A DNA stretch of 64,000 nucleotides from Epiperipatus broadwayi (Eukaryota; Animalia; Onychophora): NCBI GenBank assembly GCA_028023455.1, contig JAQFVV010000009.1, positions 13,392,001 through 13,456,000 on the forward strand, read 5' to 3'. Each line of letters opens with the position of its first letter. Position 1 is the stretch's first letter. The position numbers and the translations under genes are program-made. This document shows, in pieces, positions 24,862-38,000 of this stretch. The notes below the pieces were generated by a model. The model ran no database searches and had not been told where the DNA came from. It saw only the letters and a list, made by a program, of their open reading frames with translations.

Positions 24862-27707
24862 TTATATATAATAATTTAGCTAAAATATTATTAATTTAAT
24901 ATAATGTCTGAATTCTTTATTATCTATTAAACATTCTGTATTTCTCCATGATTTTTATACAGATGTGATTGTCTAGTCATTGAAATTTTGGATGTTATAT
25001 TCTAAAACACTGAATTAAGTAATCAGGATTGTAAATTTGTTAAATTTCATGGTAATGCCAACCTATTTAGAAAATACCCTCACATTCTATCAAATAAAAT
25101 CAAAGCTGGATATCATTACATAATCCTTTATATACAATATAAAATGTGAAAAAAAAATAACAGGAATCAATTATTTATATATGCTGTTTAATTAATATTT
25201 CTACCAAAGGACTGACTTTCATTAGAAACTACTGCTAAATAAATGGTTGACAAAAAACTAAGTTAACAAAAAAAATATCTCAAACATCTTAAAGATTCCT
25301 ATAAACTCTGTAGAATTTTTGAAAAAGGTTTAATAAATTATTTATTTGTCTATTACACCATAAATATTTATTTTTTCTTTTAAAATTAATTAGTTAATTA
25401 ATCAATGTATTAATTATAAAAAAATTGAAGAGATTTAGTTCCAATCATAATACATAAAATATTTTTTTATTATGGCTGTTATATTACAATATAGCAGCTG
25501 TGTAAAAATATATTATGGATTACATTGGGAGTTGCCCTGCATAGTTTGGTGCAATGGCAGACTCCAAAGTTCAAAGTTCATAGATCATGTCCCAGTTCTA
25601 TCCTTTTCACTGCTCAAACTTCTTACAGATGTCATAGTAACAAACTATTCAATTACTTATTTGATGGATATCTTTTCAAATTTATTTGCATCTAATTTAA
25701 GGCACTAACCTATTTATTTCAACTTATTAATTAAGAATTGGGAAGAAAAAATTCTGCATAACTATATGTGAGTATATATGTGTACTAATATGCTTTTCTA
25801 GCAAGTCTCCAACATAGAAAAACCCAAAACAATTGTTTACATAATAAGTAATAATATTAATGAGTGAATAAAATAGATTGTCTACATACACATTTATTAT
25901 ATGTGTATAAATACAATAAAAGAGACACACAGAAGTATATATTATGCACAAATTAATAAATTAATTTTAATATATTAGGAATGTAGATAATTTAAGAATG
26001 TAATATGACCTACATTTAACTTTTTCCCAAGTGGATCTAAGGTTTTAAATTTAAGATTTAAAAAAAAAAAAAGTCCCCTCTCTTATGGAAGAAAACTTGT
26101 TTTGCAAAAAAAAAAAAAAGACTTTTAAATCAACAATTGTGTGATCTGGTAAATTAAAATATTTAATCTATTTTTATATATTTCAATATATACTTATTGG
26201 TCTTAAGTGAAAAAGTCAAAAATCTTCAAGCCTTTTATATATATGTAATACACATGTTAATTTAAATTTTCTAGAATAAATACTATTAAAATATTAAACA
26301 ATTAACCTAATTTAAATTAAATTATAATAATTCTGTGGCTTAGTAGCAAGAAAAAATTTAAATTTCATTTAAATTAAGTTGCAACGACTTCCTTTTTTAT
26401 AATTCATATCAGCAAATGAAATTTAATAATTTATCCATAATCAATATGCCAAACTTCCAAAATTCATTCAAGTTTATATAGCTCAGTTGTTTAAATGTAA
26501 CATTGTCTAAAATATTTATAAAATAAGCTTTATTAATTCTTCTTTTTTATAAATCACAGCATGTAAAATGAACACTTTATTCAAATAAACAAAAAAAAAA
26601 TTATATCCTAGAATTATTATCATGATACACAAAAATTAATTTATATAACTCAATTAAGTCATTATCATCTCATAATTTTCTAAATAACATTTCATGTTTG
26701 TGTATTCTTTTTATGAAAGCACAAATTGGATTGATATATAAATAATTCTTCACATATTCATGCTATTCTAAAATGCTGTTGCTATTACATGTTACTATAT
26801 GTTCAGAAACAACAGATGTAACAAAATTATGTATTATTAATATATACTAAAGATAATCATTTTCTTTTTTGATCTTTTATATACATCTAATAATAGTAAA
26901 ATTTATTAATATATAAAATGTATTTTCTTTTGTAAACACACATAACAAATATTGATCATATGCGTTAATATTAAACATTTCAATCTAAACAACTAATACA
27001 TTCTAAATTAGGAGTTGAAAACTGGAAGCTCATGAAGTGTATGTGGTTCTTTGAACCAAACTTGCAGCTCTTTATTATGACAATCACTTTTTTCTTTGGA
27101 CTTTGTAAATAAATATTTTTCTTATTAAGTTTCTGTTTGAGTGTCAACCTATAATAAACATACTGACTAAGTTTAAGTGTAAGCAAGGTTTTAGATTATA
27201 TAGACAGCAGCAATTCTCCGATATTTTCATATATTTGTAAAATGATTAATGTATTTTTATTTTATCATTATTATTAGTTTAGTTTCATTTAGTGCTTTTT
27301 TTTTTTAAATCAAAAAAAAAAACAAGCCAACTTAACATTATTATAATGTGAGATCCTGGAAAGTTGTTTAAAACTGAAATTAAATTATTCCCCTAAATTA
27401 GGATAACCTTGTGCTATATTAGAATCTCAAAATTTGTTTTTAAGAGAATTTTGATTTTTGTTATATATACTCTGATTCTGTTATGTTCAATTACTAAAAT
27501 AGATCTATATAACAACAACCATTCAGAATTTCATATTTTTCATCAACCTATTATTATTCATTTTCTCTTTTATTTATTTTTTTGGGTTAGGATATTTAAC
27601 AAAAAATAGTTCTTCATGTTAAAAAAGTTGCCAACTTATTATTGGTCAATTTAATCTTTTAATTTTATTTATCTAAAACACATCTGATATATCCATGTGT
27701 ACATGTG

Positions 27708-28353
27708 TTGCGATTTGCTGAAAATATGAAAATAAAGATTGATTATGATGAATTAGAAGAAGTTAACAGTTATAAATACCTTGGTCAGATTATTAATACA
27801 GATGGAAACATAATGGATGAAATTAATCATAGAATTAAACTTGGCTGGAGTGCTTTTGGTAGAAATAACTTGATACTAAAAGGAAATATGCCTATGTGTT
27901 TGAAAAGGAAAGTTTTTAACAAATGTGTTTTACCAGTTCTTATTTATGGATCTGAGACTTGGACACTTAATAGAAGAGCAATACAGAGACTCCAGACCAC
28001 TCAAAGAAGTATGGAGAGATGCATGTTGGGAGTAACAAGAAGAGACTGAAAACACAATGTATGGGTAAGAGAATAAACAGGTGTTATTGACCTCATTGAA
28101 AAAATTAAAAGATTGAAGTGAAGTTGGGCTGGCCATATTGCTAGAAGAGATGATAATAGATGAGCCATTGAAATCTTAAACTAGATTCCAAGAGATTGTA
28201 AAAGACCCAGAAAGAGACTACATGTGAGATGGATGGATGAAATAAGAAACTGTGCAGGGTAATGTAGAGAAGAGAAGCTAAAGATTGGAGAAGATGAATT
28301 AAACTTGGAGAGATGTTCATCCTGTAGTGGATTGATAATGTTTGATGATGATG
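27708..28353 (+). mobile_element. 5'-truncated RTE-clade LINE
   Basis: YKYLGQ..RIKLGWSAFGR..CVLPVLIYGSETW (ORF 27705-28049); (GAT)n tail; candidate TSD ACATGTG at 27701-27707 and 28354-28360. Confidence 0.9.
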
Positions 28354-29172
28354 ACATGTGAAAAAAAAATTCAATTATCTACAATAATATTTAATACCAT
28401 CAACGTTTTCTGGGGAATTAAAAAAAATTATTTGCTACTTAAAATGGGAAAAACAATATTAGTGATTATTATTAGTTATTAGTTAATATTAGTTATTATA
28501 ATTTATAATATTTGATTGGCGTTTTATTAGTGTATATTCTGGATGATTCAATTTTTTAATTATTATATATAGTATATGTGTTCTTATATCATAAATATAC
28601 AAGTTAAGAAAGAAAAGCTAGTCTGCTCAGAATAGAAATGGATAAGAATAAAAAATTTGTTTTAAAAATCTATCCATAAAAGTTCCAAATTATTAATCTA
28701 AAACATATATATATTTAAGTATATAGGCCTATGCAAATGTATCTCATATTAGCACATGCACACATACATAACATTAATACAGTTCACAATAATAATGAGC
28801 AATTTTCATAACTAAATTGTAAAGTGTTTCTGCAATCAAATATCTTTTTTCTTTTTTTTTTTGCGCACAGCAGGGTTTGAATCATTATAAAAAATTACCT
28901 TTTTCATAATAAAAACCCACTTTAAATATTCAGTTATTTTCATATCAATGGTACAGCATAAATTAAACAATTTTTACATGAATTCTAAAAGGTGATCATT
29001 GAAATGAAAAAGACTCCCTTTTCCGTTCATTACTTGATTACTTTGTTAAAGCCAAAGTCATCAGTTAAATGCACTTTTTTGTCTCGGTTGATTTATTTTA
29101 TATGTTAGAATATCTATGAGCCACTGTGTTATTGTTAATATATTATGTGATCAATACAAAACGAGGAGAGAG

Positions 29173-29205
29173 ATGGCTAACAATTACAAAAATTATATAG
29201 AAAAA
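29173..29205 (+). CDS. Possible first coding exon of an unidentified host gene (MANNYKNYIEK)
   Basis: gagATGG start, 11 open codons, then a GTAAGC donor at 29206; the neighbourhood retains more CpGs than background. No downstream exon identified. Confidence 0.3.
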
Positions 29206-30000
29206 GTAAGCGCAGTATCTGATACCTTATAAATATTATTATTTCAAGATATTTTTTTTTCCCATCAGAAATAAGATATATTTTTCCTAAATATATTTAA
29301 GAAACAAAGTGTTGTCATATATATAGATTTTAACTCAGCAAAATTAAATTCTTTTAAAAAAGTAATAATAAAGATATTACAGTACGATGATTAATTTTGC
29401 TTTCCTTTAAAGTTCAGTTGTTTTTTTTATTCATATACAATTTTAGTGACATAATTTTGAGTTGCTAAGTATTAAAAAAAAAGCGGCAAACAAAGGCATT
29501 ACACCACTGATAATTAAATATTATTATAGAGTCAATGTATATCCGTTCCTCCAACTACTATCTCAATCCAGAAATATTTATTTGCACACGCACACACATA
29601 CACCCGAACGTCAAAATATCAGTTATAATAATTTTTTTTTTATGCATCTAAATTCAAAAACTTAAAGCGTATCTTTAAATGTAAATAAATAATAAAGTTT
29701 ATGCATAGTATATGTTAAGTTCTTTGCCCAAGTCAGATTAAACAACTTCAAATAGTCCACTGCTGGCCAAAGGGTCAGCCCATTATAAAATAATAATAAT
29801 GAAAAAGACATTACTCATTATGCTTGCCAATTGCTGGATGGTGAGTTTTGATATGTTTCGTTCACATTATATACCTATTTATTGATCAACAAAGGATGGT
29901 TAGTTAGACTGAAGTTCTAGTTTTATTTGGCTAGAAATCTAATGCATAATTTCTTGTATCGTATATACAAACATTTAGGAAATATCAAAAAGACATCGCT

Positions 30001-32575
30001 CCATCATCATCATCAACCATTATCAATCCACTGCAGGATGAAGGTCTCTCCAAGTTCAATCCATCTTTTCTTATCTTTAGCTTCTCTTCTCCACATCACC
30101 TCTGCACACTTTCTTATTTCATCCATCCATCTCACGTGTGGTCACTTTCTGGGTCTTTTACAATCTCTTGGAATCCAGTTTAAAATTTCAATTGGCCATC
30201 TATTATCATCTCTTCTAGCAATATATCTAGTCCAACTCCACTTCAGTCGTTTAATTTTTTCAATGAGGTCAGTAACACCTCTTTGTTCTCTTACCCATAC
30301 ATTGTGTTTTCGATCTGTTCTTGTTACTTCCAACATGCATCTTTCCATACTTCTTTGAGTGGTCTGAAGTCTCTGTATTGCTCTTCTATTAAGTGTCCAA
30401 ATTTCAGATCCATAAGTAAGAAGAACTGGCAAAACACATTTATTAAAAACCTTCCTTTTCAAACATATAGTCATATTTCCTTTTAGGATCAAGTTATTTC
30501 TACCAAAAGCACTCCAACTAAGTTTAATTCTATGATTCATTTTATTCATAATGTTTCCATCTGTATTAATAATCTGACCAAGGTATTTGTAACTGTTAAC
30601 TTCTTCTAACTCATCATAATCAATCTTTATTTTCATATTTTGAGAAAATCTATTAATCATTACTTTAGTCTTTTTAACATTTATCTTTAGTCCTACTTTC
30701 ATCTGATAACTCCTGCGACATTTCCTGTAGCTCTAAAGCATTATTTGCAAAAACAACTACATCATCTGCAAAATTTAAATGACTTAAATAATCTCCATTT
30801 ACTTTCACTCCTTTAGCTTCCCATTTTAATCCACAAAATACTTCTTGTAGCACTGCTGTAAAAAGTTTTGGAGATATGGAGTCACCCTGTCTTACACCCT
30901 TTTCAATGTTGATTTTCCTACTATCATTATGTAATCTAATTGTTGCTGTTGCATTTTTATAAAAATTCTTTAAAATATGACAATATCCTGGCTCTACACC
31001 TTGATGATCCAATGCTTTAATCACTGGAAAAATGTTTATAGAATCAAATGCCTTTTCATAATCTACAAATCCCAAGCATAATAGCAACTCATATTCATTT
31101 GTCCTTTCTATAACTTCTCTCAATACCTGGATATGATCTACTGTACTAAAACCACTTTTAAATCCAGCTTGTTCTCTTGGTTGGTGGAAATCCAGTGTTT
31201 TCTGTAGACAAGTTGCAATTAAAAGACTGATAGGTCGGTAATTTCTAATATCTTCTTTATCATCTTTTTTAAATAATAATATTAATGCTGCATTCTTCCA
31301 ATCATGTGGTACACCTTTATCATTTAGACATTTGGTATATAACTTTGCTAAAAAAATTTATATTTCTTCACCTGCTTCTTTTAATATATCAATTATAATT
31401 CCATCATTACCTGGAACCTTCCCTTTCTTCATAAATTTAATTGCTTGTCTTACTTCCTCATTCAAAATTCTGGGCAATTCGGAAGATATAATAGGTATAG
31501 GAGGCACTTGTTCTTTACTACTATATAATTCTTGATAGAAGTGTTCTACACATTTCATGATGTCATCTCTCTTTTTAGTAATAATGCCATCTTTTTTTCC
31601 TATTGCAGATATAAATTTCCTACCAATACCAAAATGTTGTTTTACACTCTTTAGACTTTTATTCTCTTCTACAGCTTTCCTTGCTAGTTCACAATTATAC
31701 TTTCTTATATCATTTTCAACTCTTTTCCACACCATTTTACAAAAGTTGAGATATTCAATCTTTTTTAATGCATCATTGTTGTATATCCTCATATTCCTTC
31801 TTTTCTTCATAAATTCTCTAGTCTGTGGTCAATTGCTGCTTTTTTCTACCAGCTATCTTTGTTGCAGTTTTTAAAAGTGTATCAGTTATTTTCCTATTAA
31901 TGTCATTCAAATCTGAATCATGTTCAAAATCTGCTAATACTTGAAACCGATTTGTAAGTTCTAATTTAAATTCATTAGAATGTTTCTGAAGATTAGGAAT
32001 ATCAACTGTAAATATTGTTTTTCTTAATAATTTTTGTCTCTCTACTTTTGCATTAACATATATCTTACATCTTACTAGTCGATGATCAATTCCTGTGTTA
32101 AATTTATTAAGAATATTACAATCTTGAAATATGTATTTTCTGCTAGTCAAAATACAATCCAATTCTGCTGTACCTTCATTTGGATGCTTCCATGTCCACT
32201 TCCTTTTAACATTTTTCTCAAAAAAAGAATTCATAATATAAAGTTTTTCTTTTTCTGCAAATTCCACAAGTCTATGTCCTCTCTCATTTCTATTACCATA
32301 ACCAAAATTAACTACAGCATTTTCATCTTTCATTTGTTTACCAATTCTAGCATTAAAGTCTCCCATAACAATTTTAAAATGTTTACTTTGATCAAAAGCC
32401 TTTTGTACATCCATATAAAAATCTTCTATAACTTCATCACTATGAATACATAAATACTGAGTAATCAATCAGGAATGGTAAATTTGATAACCATTAAATA
32501 TAGCAAATTTACATCATTTAAATGTGAACATATAAATGACTTCCCTCAAATCTTTTTTTTGCCTTCTGTATTTAC
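30001..32575 (-). mobile_element. RTE-clade LINE (APE endonuclease + RT), disrupted
   Basis: IVMGDFNARIG..DHRLVR (EN, ORF 31818-32468); FVDYEKAFDS, GVRQGDSISPKLF, HLNFADD (RT, ORF 30674-31123); (GAT)n tail at 30002-30014. Same family as the 27.7-kb copy. Confidence 0.95.
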
Positions 32576-32614
32576 TGACTATAAGGCTATAACCTTAAGG
32601 TCATGCGCCTGAAA

Positions 32615-32728
32615 AATGACAGTAGGGATCTCTACAAATCGTAACACAATATTTATTTAAAAGACAAGAGCAGCTTAATGACAGTAGGGACCTCTACAGT
32701 TCTTGTCTTTTAAATAAATCTTGTGTTA
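32615..32728. repeat. Small foldback with interleaved direct repeat (X-A-X-A')
   Basis: 22-bp direct repeat at 32615-32636 / 32677-32698 (21/22); 30-bp inverted arms at 32642-32671 / 32699-32728 (28/30). Confidence 0.85.
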
Positions 32729-33307
32729 AGATATACTTTTATGTAGTAAGTATGCGCTTAACAAATTTAATTATATAAACAAGATAATTTTCTTTTTTTT
32801 CTACTCTAGCACTATCTATTGTAAATTTTGATAATCAGAGAAAAAAGAAGCCTTCTTGTTTTCTTGCTGTAGTAAGCTTAATAAATGAATCCATTGACTT
32901 TATGTTAGTATATAGCAATTATTCCTATGGATACAAACCACAAGATTTAGAAATATGAAAAAAAAAATTTGAATAAAGAAAGAAAAAGACACATACATCA
33001 ATTGTTTAAGATAAAAGTCAAATGGTGTGCAATTCATAGAATATAATGATAATTAACAGAGAAGAATTTCTTTGTTATTTAATTTCAAACAAGTTTTTTT
33101 TCCCCCTAATTTATTATTTTAGTGAATAATTAGATAGTTTCTCCTTAAACAATCTTATGAACTTGTTATTACAGTGCACATGTTTGCTGGTTTGCTTCTC
33201 AAAGTTTTCAGTGTTCTCTCTCCTTCATGAACATTTAATTGCTGGCATGTCAATACTGGTGTATAAATATAATACAAATGAAATATCTGTTAATTAAAAA
33301 ACTATTG

Positions 33308-35656
33308 TAATAACAATAAAAATAATAAATACAATGGTAATTAACTATGATAAACAGTCTTTTCAATCCACAGAAGTACTTTTAATTAATTTATTACCCA
33401 CCCGCCACCTCAACTGCTATTAAATTCAAAAAACGAAAGGAAAGCAAAATTCATGAACTCAAATCCCATGAATCCCAAATTTAAATGTTAGCAGCTTTGT
33501 CTATTAATTATATTCATTTTATTACTATTTATTAAAATTTAATTTTTCTTTTATCATGGTTTCTCTCTTCATGAAGAATCTTAACACTTTCTATCTCAAA
33601 CTTAAATTTATATTTACATGCCCTTTCCTGATCCAAGAAAACTGAAGCAGTCATTAAATTAACATTTTTTATTTTTCACATGCTTGTATAACAATTCAGG
33701 CTCCTTAAATCTTTTCTCAATACTATATCTCAATTCATCTATATATGATAACATATATCCACAAAAAATTTGATACCCAACATTACTTTTCACTAACTTA
33801 TTAATTATTTATAACACAAAATGAAACATTAAACACATTCTTATATATATCCTTAAAAAATTTCACTTGCCAATGCTCAATTAATCTGAAAATTCAAAAG
33901 GTGGTCCCTTGAGACAAAATTCCTCGATTTCCTCCTTAAAATCAACATACACTCCCTTCTCACAAATCAAATTTTTGGTCAACCATAGTGGTTTCACCAA
34001 GATCTCTCCCCTATACCAGCTCTGTAAAACTGACAATGAAACCCTCCAGCACTTCCTACTTAAATGTCCCTTTCTGCTTGGAGTGAAACATGTCATCAAC
34101 TCCTGCCTTTCTTCGCACAGGAACACCATCTTCAACCTCCAAGAATCCATAGAAACAGGGGTATTTGCAACCATTAGACTATCAGTTTTCTTCATCTATG
34201 CGCTCTGGTTGCTCCGATGTGACATTATTTTTGACCAGAGAGTACACTCAATGAATCAAAAGCTATTGGACCTAATTCACCTCTCAAAACCAGAGATACC
34301 AAACTAGCCCCCCCTCCATTCCTCACAGATACTTGGGCAATTCTCCAACTCTCATCCTCTCAGCCTCTGTCATAGGACTCAATCATTTAGATGTTTGTGA
34401 CCCATGCAGTGCTTGCTCAATGATGACATGCATCTCGGACTGGCCTGGACTACACACCCTTTCCAGTTCCCATTCCCTTTTCACATGTATCCTTTCCCTC
34501 TTATCATGTTGCTTCTGAAATTTCTATTTATCTACCATATAATCACTCCCTTGTAAACACTTTTCTAACTGTATTTGTATCTGGTTTTTTTTTTTTTTTT
34601 TCTGAATAAACTTTCATCACTGAGAAAGAAAAAAAATTTCACTTGAGCATTTGAAATTTATGGAATAGATATCCATTTATTATCAATCTTCAATTCCATT
34701 AAATTATTTTAACTCTTTTTTTATTTTAACTCTTTTTAAATTGACATAAATATTGTTAATTTGTTCATTCTTATAACCAACTTCAAGCAATTCCTTGGCT
34801 AATATTACAATATTTTTTAATTTATCACACTGATAATGACATAATTTTTCATTACAAAAGAAAAAAAAGATCTAGAACTTGCCATCTTATGCATAATTGG
34901 TACTTTTGATTTACAATTTATATATCCCCTTTTATGCAATGGTTTGATTGTTAATTTATAACTTAACATACTATTATCTCTTGTAATAATTAAATCCAGA
35001 TACTTAACACTTATCCTGTTCAATAGTCCATTTCAAGCCATTCAAGTTATTTAACTCCTCTACAAGCAAATTTATAGTATTGGTATTTCCACAAACAAAA
35101 ACATCATTCACATATCTTTTGTAAATTGTAATACCTTTAAAAGCTAATATCTAAAATACTACTTTCATATATAGACTAAACTTGTACAATGGCAGGCAGA
35201 TCCATAAGCAAATCTTTAGACATTTTATAATATCCACCTTCAAAAAAAACAACAATATTATCATCAAAAAAATTTAAATAATAAATTTTATCATATATTT
35301 ACAAATACCTTCATTTTTTAATGCATGTTCAATTATTTTTATGCAATTCACTCTAGCAATAGAATCATACATTTTTGTCACATCTAATGAAGCAATAACA
35401 TCATTCTCATTAATCACTATATTTTTAATTGCTCACTGCAAAATCAAAAGAAGAAGCAATAGTTGTATTTTTATATCGGACTGTTTGCTGTGATATTACT
35501 AACAGTATTTGGAATATTTAAATAAAATTAAACTTTTCTAAAGACATTCAACACACATATTACATGATGGAAATAGTCCAATATAAAAATACAGCTAGAA
35601 CATCATCATCACAAACCTTCAGGAAAACAAGAAGCAATAGTATTTTCTGAAAGTAA
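33308..35656 (-). mobile_element. Decayed Penelope-like element (RT + GIY-YIG endonuclease), interrupted by a Tx1 fragment
   Basis: Minus strand: NENDVIASLDVTKMYDSI (motif A, ~35360-35410), RYVNDVFV (motif C), VKYLDLII..KPLHKRGYIN (ORF 34817-35023), linker WISIP..KFFKDIYK, and GIY-YIG-like NVGYQIFCG..SYI..IEKRFKE / ESVKILHEERN (33450-33790). Confidence 0.75.
33870..34630 (+). mobile_element. 5'-truncated L1/Tx1-type LINE nested in the PLE
   Basis: C-terminal zinc-knuckle region LCKTDNETLQHFLLKCP..YALWLLRCD (ORF 33909-34307), 3' UTR with AATAAA and A tail; perfect 15-bp TSD AAAAAATTTCACTTG at 33855-33869 and 34631-34645. Confidence 0.9.
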
Positions 35657-36090
35657 TTCTGCAGATTGAAAACACTGTATATAATAGTTAATTACCATTA
35701 TATTTATTATTTTATTGTTATACATATATGGGAAGGTGCACCTCAATGAGTTCTGTGAATAGTGTTCAACAAATAAATTCACTGTTTCTTTTCTTTGTGT
35801 TGAAAATCAGACATATTAATCTTTAACTTGGATTAAAGTTTATATGTGTGCTAGAGAAAATCTCTAGTTTAATAAAATTTGTTTATCAAAAAGTTGATAA
35901 GGTAAAAGTTGGGAGTAGAGTAAATTGAGGCTTGGAAATAAAAATGAGACAATTTGCTCTACATAAATACTCTTCATGTAATAAAGATATATATGAGATG
36001 ATGACCTGGCCCAACTGATAAGTGCTGGTTCAGCACGAAATGCATCTTGGGAGTTGTTTGTCTTATATTGTATCTCTATTTATATGAAAT
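35657..36090 (+). repeat. Probable inverted pseudo-LTR of the Penelope-like element
   Basis: 35657-35722 is the reverse complement (~88%) of 33310-33375, the PLE 3' region, and the segment continues to a hammerhead motif. Right boundary approximate. Confidence 0.55.
36010..36051 (+). ncRNA. Minimal type I hammerhead motif (copy D, G8A)
   Basis: CCCAA CTGATAA GTGCT GGTTC AGCAC GAAA TGCA TC TTGGG: 5-bp stem I, 5-bp stem II with G10.1-C11.1, palindromic ATGCAT stem III, AUC site; core reads CUGAUAA instead of CUGAUGA. Confidence 0.75.
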
Positions 36091-36199
36091 TATTTATGAA
36101 ATAAAAAAGAATGGAGAAATATGGAAGTTGTCTAATCTATAAAAATAAAAAAATATCTAATATTTTAAAGCAAAGCAGAAAAGGGCAGTTTTTAGTTCT

Positions 36200-38000
36200 T
36201 TGAATAAGAAAAGAAAATACTGTTATGAATACACAAAGTATAGAATTTCATCTATATGACATAAAGACTGTTCTAATCATCAGCATGTAATTGTATGGAG
36301 AAGTACTGTTCATAGTAACCTGAAACATTTTTATTCCTGAAGCATTTACAAATAAAACATGCCACCTGCACAAGCAAGGAGTCGTTTTTTTTTTTCCCAC
36401 CATCTAGAAAAACATCAGAATATATTATTCCTGTCATCAGCTAAAAAAGATAATGATGTGCTTGAAATCTCTAATTGCATAAAATTATCTTTTGCTACAT
36501 GTGGTAAAAATTATAATATAGGTAGAAATTTAATTTCTTTTATAAAAGAGGTTGTTATTTTTGTTTATGCTTGGAGAAAAACATAGTACAAAAAATAAAT
36601 ATTATCCTTCTTTTGAATAATACAATATTTCAAAGAATTCTTGTTCTGAATTCTTTCAAAACGTCTACCAATGTTGAGATTACAGGAAATGATAGAATTA
36701 AAAATAACAAATGCTATGCTCTTTAAATTGATAAAAGTATATGTAGTTTTTCATGTTATTTTGAGATATTTGAAAGACAATGTTTTGTCTGACAAATCTC
36801 ATAAGATGTAGAGATACATTTAATGCTATCGATTATTAATATTGTTTAAAAAGAACATTAATTGAATTATTTGTTGCAGATTACACATAGACCATAAAGA
36901 CTAGATTAAAAACCCAGTTGTTGTAATCATATATCATAAAATAACTTAGATTCATGGCTGCATCTACTGGAAAAGCTAACATATAAGTATCTTCCTGGAG
37001 ATTTGCTATAAATCCTTGATAAAGCTGTTAAATTGATTGTTATAAAGCCAAAATCCATAATTTTTTAAAGTATTATGTGATGAGATGATGAAACTTTATT
37101 CTATCCTATTCCAGGCTCTCCCATAGAAACATCCACTTGTTTAAACTTCAGAACAATAATCCAGGTTTCTTTTTTAAGACCATCTTTTCTCATTTGCTTC
37201 CAAATTACAGGACTATATCAGCTTCACATGCAAACGATTCAAATTTGATCCTAAGTTTAAAAAATTTCCTTATGTTACAAATAAGTCAGAAAATAAAAGA
37301 ACACTTTAAAAGGATAAAATATTTTTTTGAAAATTACCTGGAGAAGAGAGTAACTGGATTGCAAATTCTTTAAAAAAGAATATTAAGCTATCAGATTATC
37401 TATCAATCAAGGGGGAAATAAAAGATTAAACTTTTAAATGATACTATTTTAAAAACTGGACCCAAAGAAAAATTTATTATGAATTTCTTAGCGTAGAGCA
37501 GAAGAAAGTACTTAAGTTTTTATTGCCATTTACAAATATGGTGGAGAGGATTTTTTCATATATTTTATATACAATAAATATGAATCTAACTTTATCTCAT
37601 GTAAGATGAACCTGATTTCAAAAAAAGGGCTAAAACAAACTCAACTGAAAATTAGCTAAATAAAATAAGTGTTTCATAAATGTTATTTCAAAATATATTA
37701 AAAGTTTTTCAATTATTAATAAAGTAATATATTATTAGTTAATGTAAATTTTTTTACACAATTTATGATGCATTTATTTAATTTTATTTTTCCAGGTTTT
37801 TAATGTAAATATATATAATATTTGTTCACTTTATTATTCCATTGCTTTTATATCTCGTTATTGAGCTATTTATTTAAAATACAACATATAAATTTGAAAT
37901 AACACTTAGGTATATTAAGTATAAACATTTTGCTAATATGAAGAGTATAATTTATGAAAATGGGCTACCAAACTTAAAAGTGGAAAAAATTTGGAACCCA
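36200..38000 (+). mobile_element. Heavily decayed hAT transposon, Buster/Charlie (ZBED5/ZBED8-like) transposase
   Basis: Broken frames give KHLQIKH..FFF, YNIGRNLI, ILLLNNTIFQRI, DKAVKLI..FFKVLCDEM and KVLKFLLPFT, in the order expected for this family; boundaries approximate. Confidence 0.7.

Noticed and set aside
26990-27110. Minus-strand frame SKEKSDCHNKELQVWFKEPHTLHELPVFNS
   Set aside because: Protein-like but flanked by stops, without good splice sites or a recognisable family.
29020-29062. CTGATGA CTTTG..CAAAG on the minus strand (also CTGATGA at ~3176, 36278, 36433, 46253, 48670 and 63181)
   Set aside because: None has GAAA in the required position plus pairing stems I and III.
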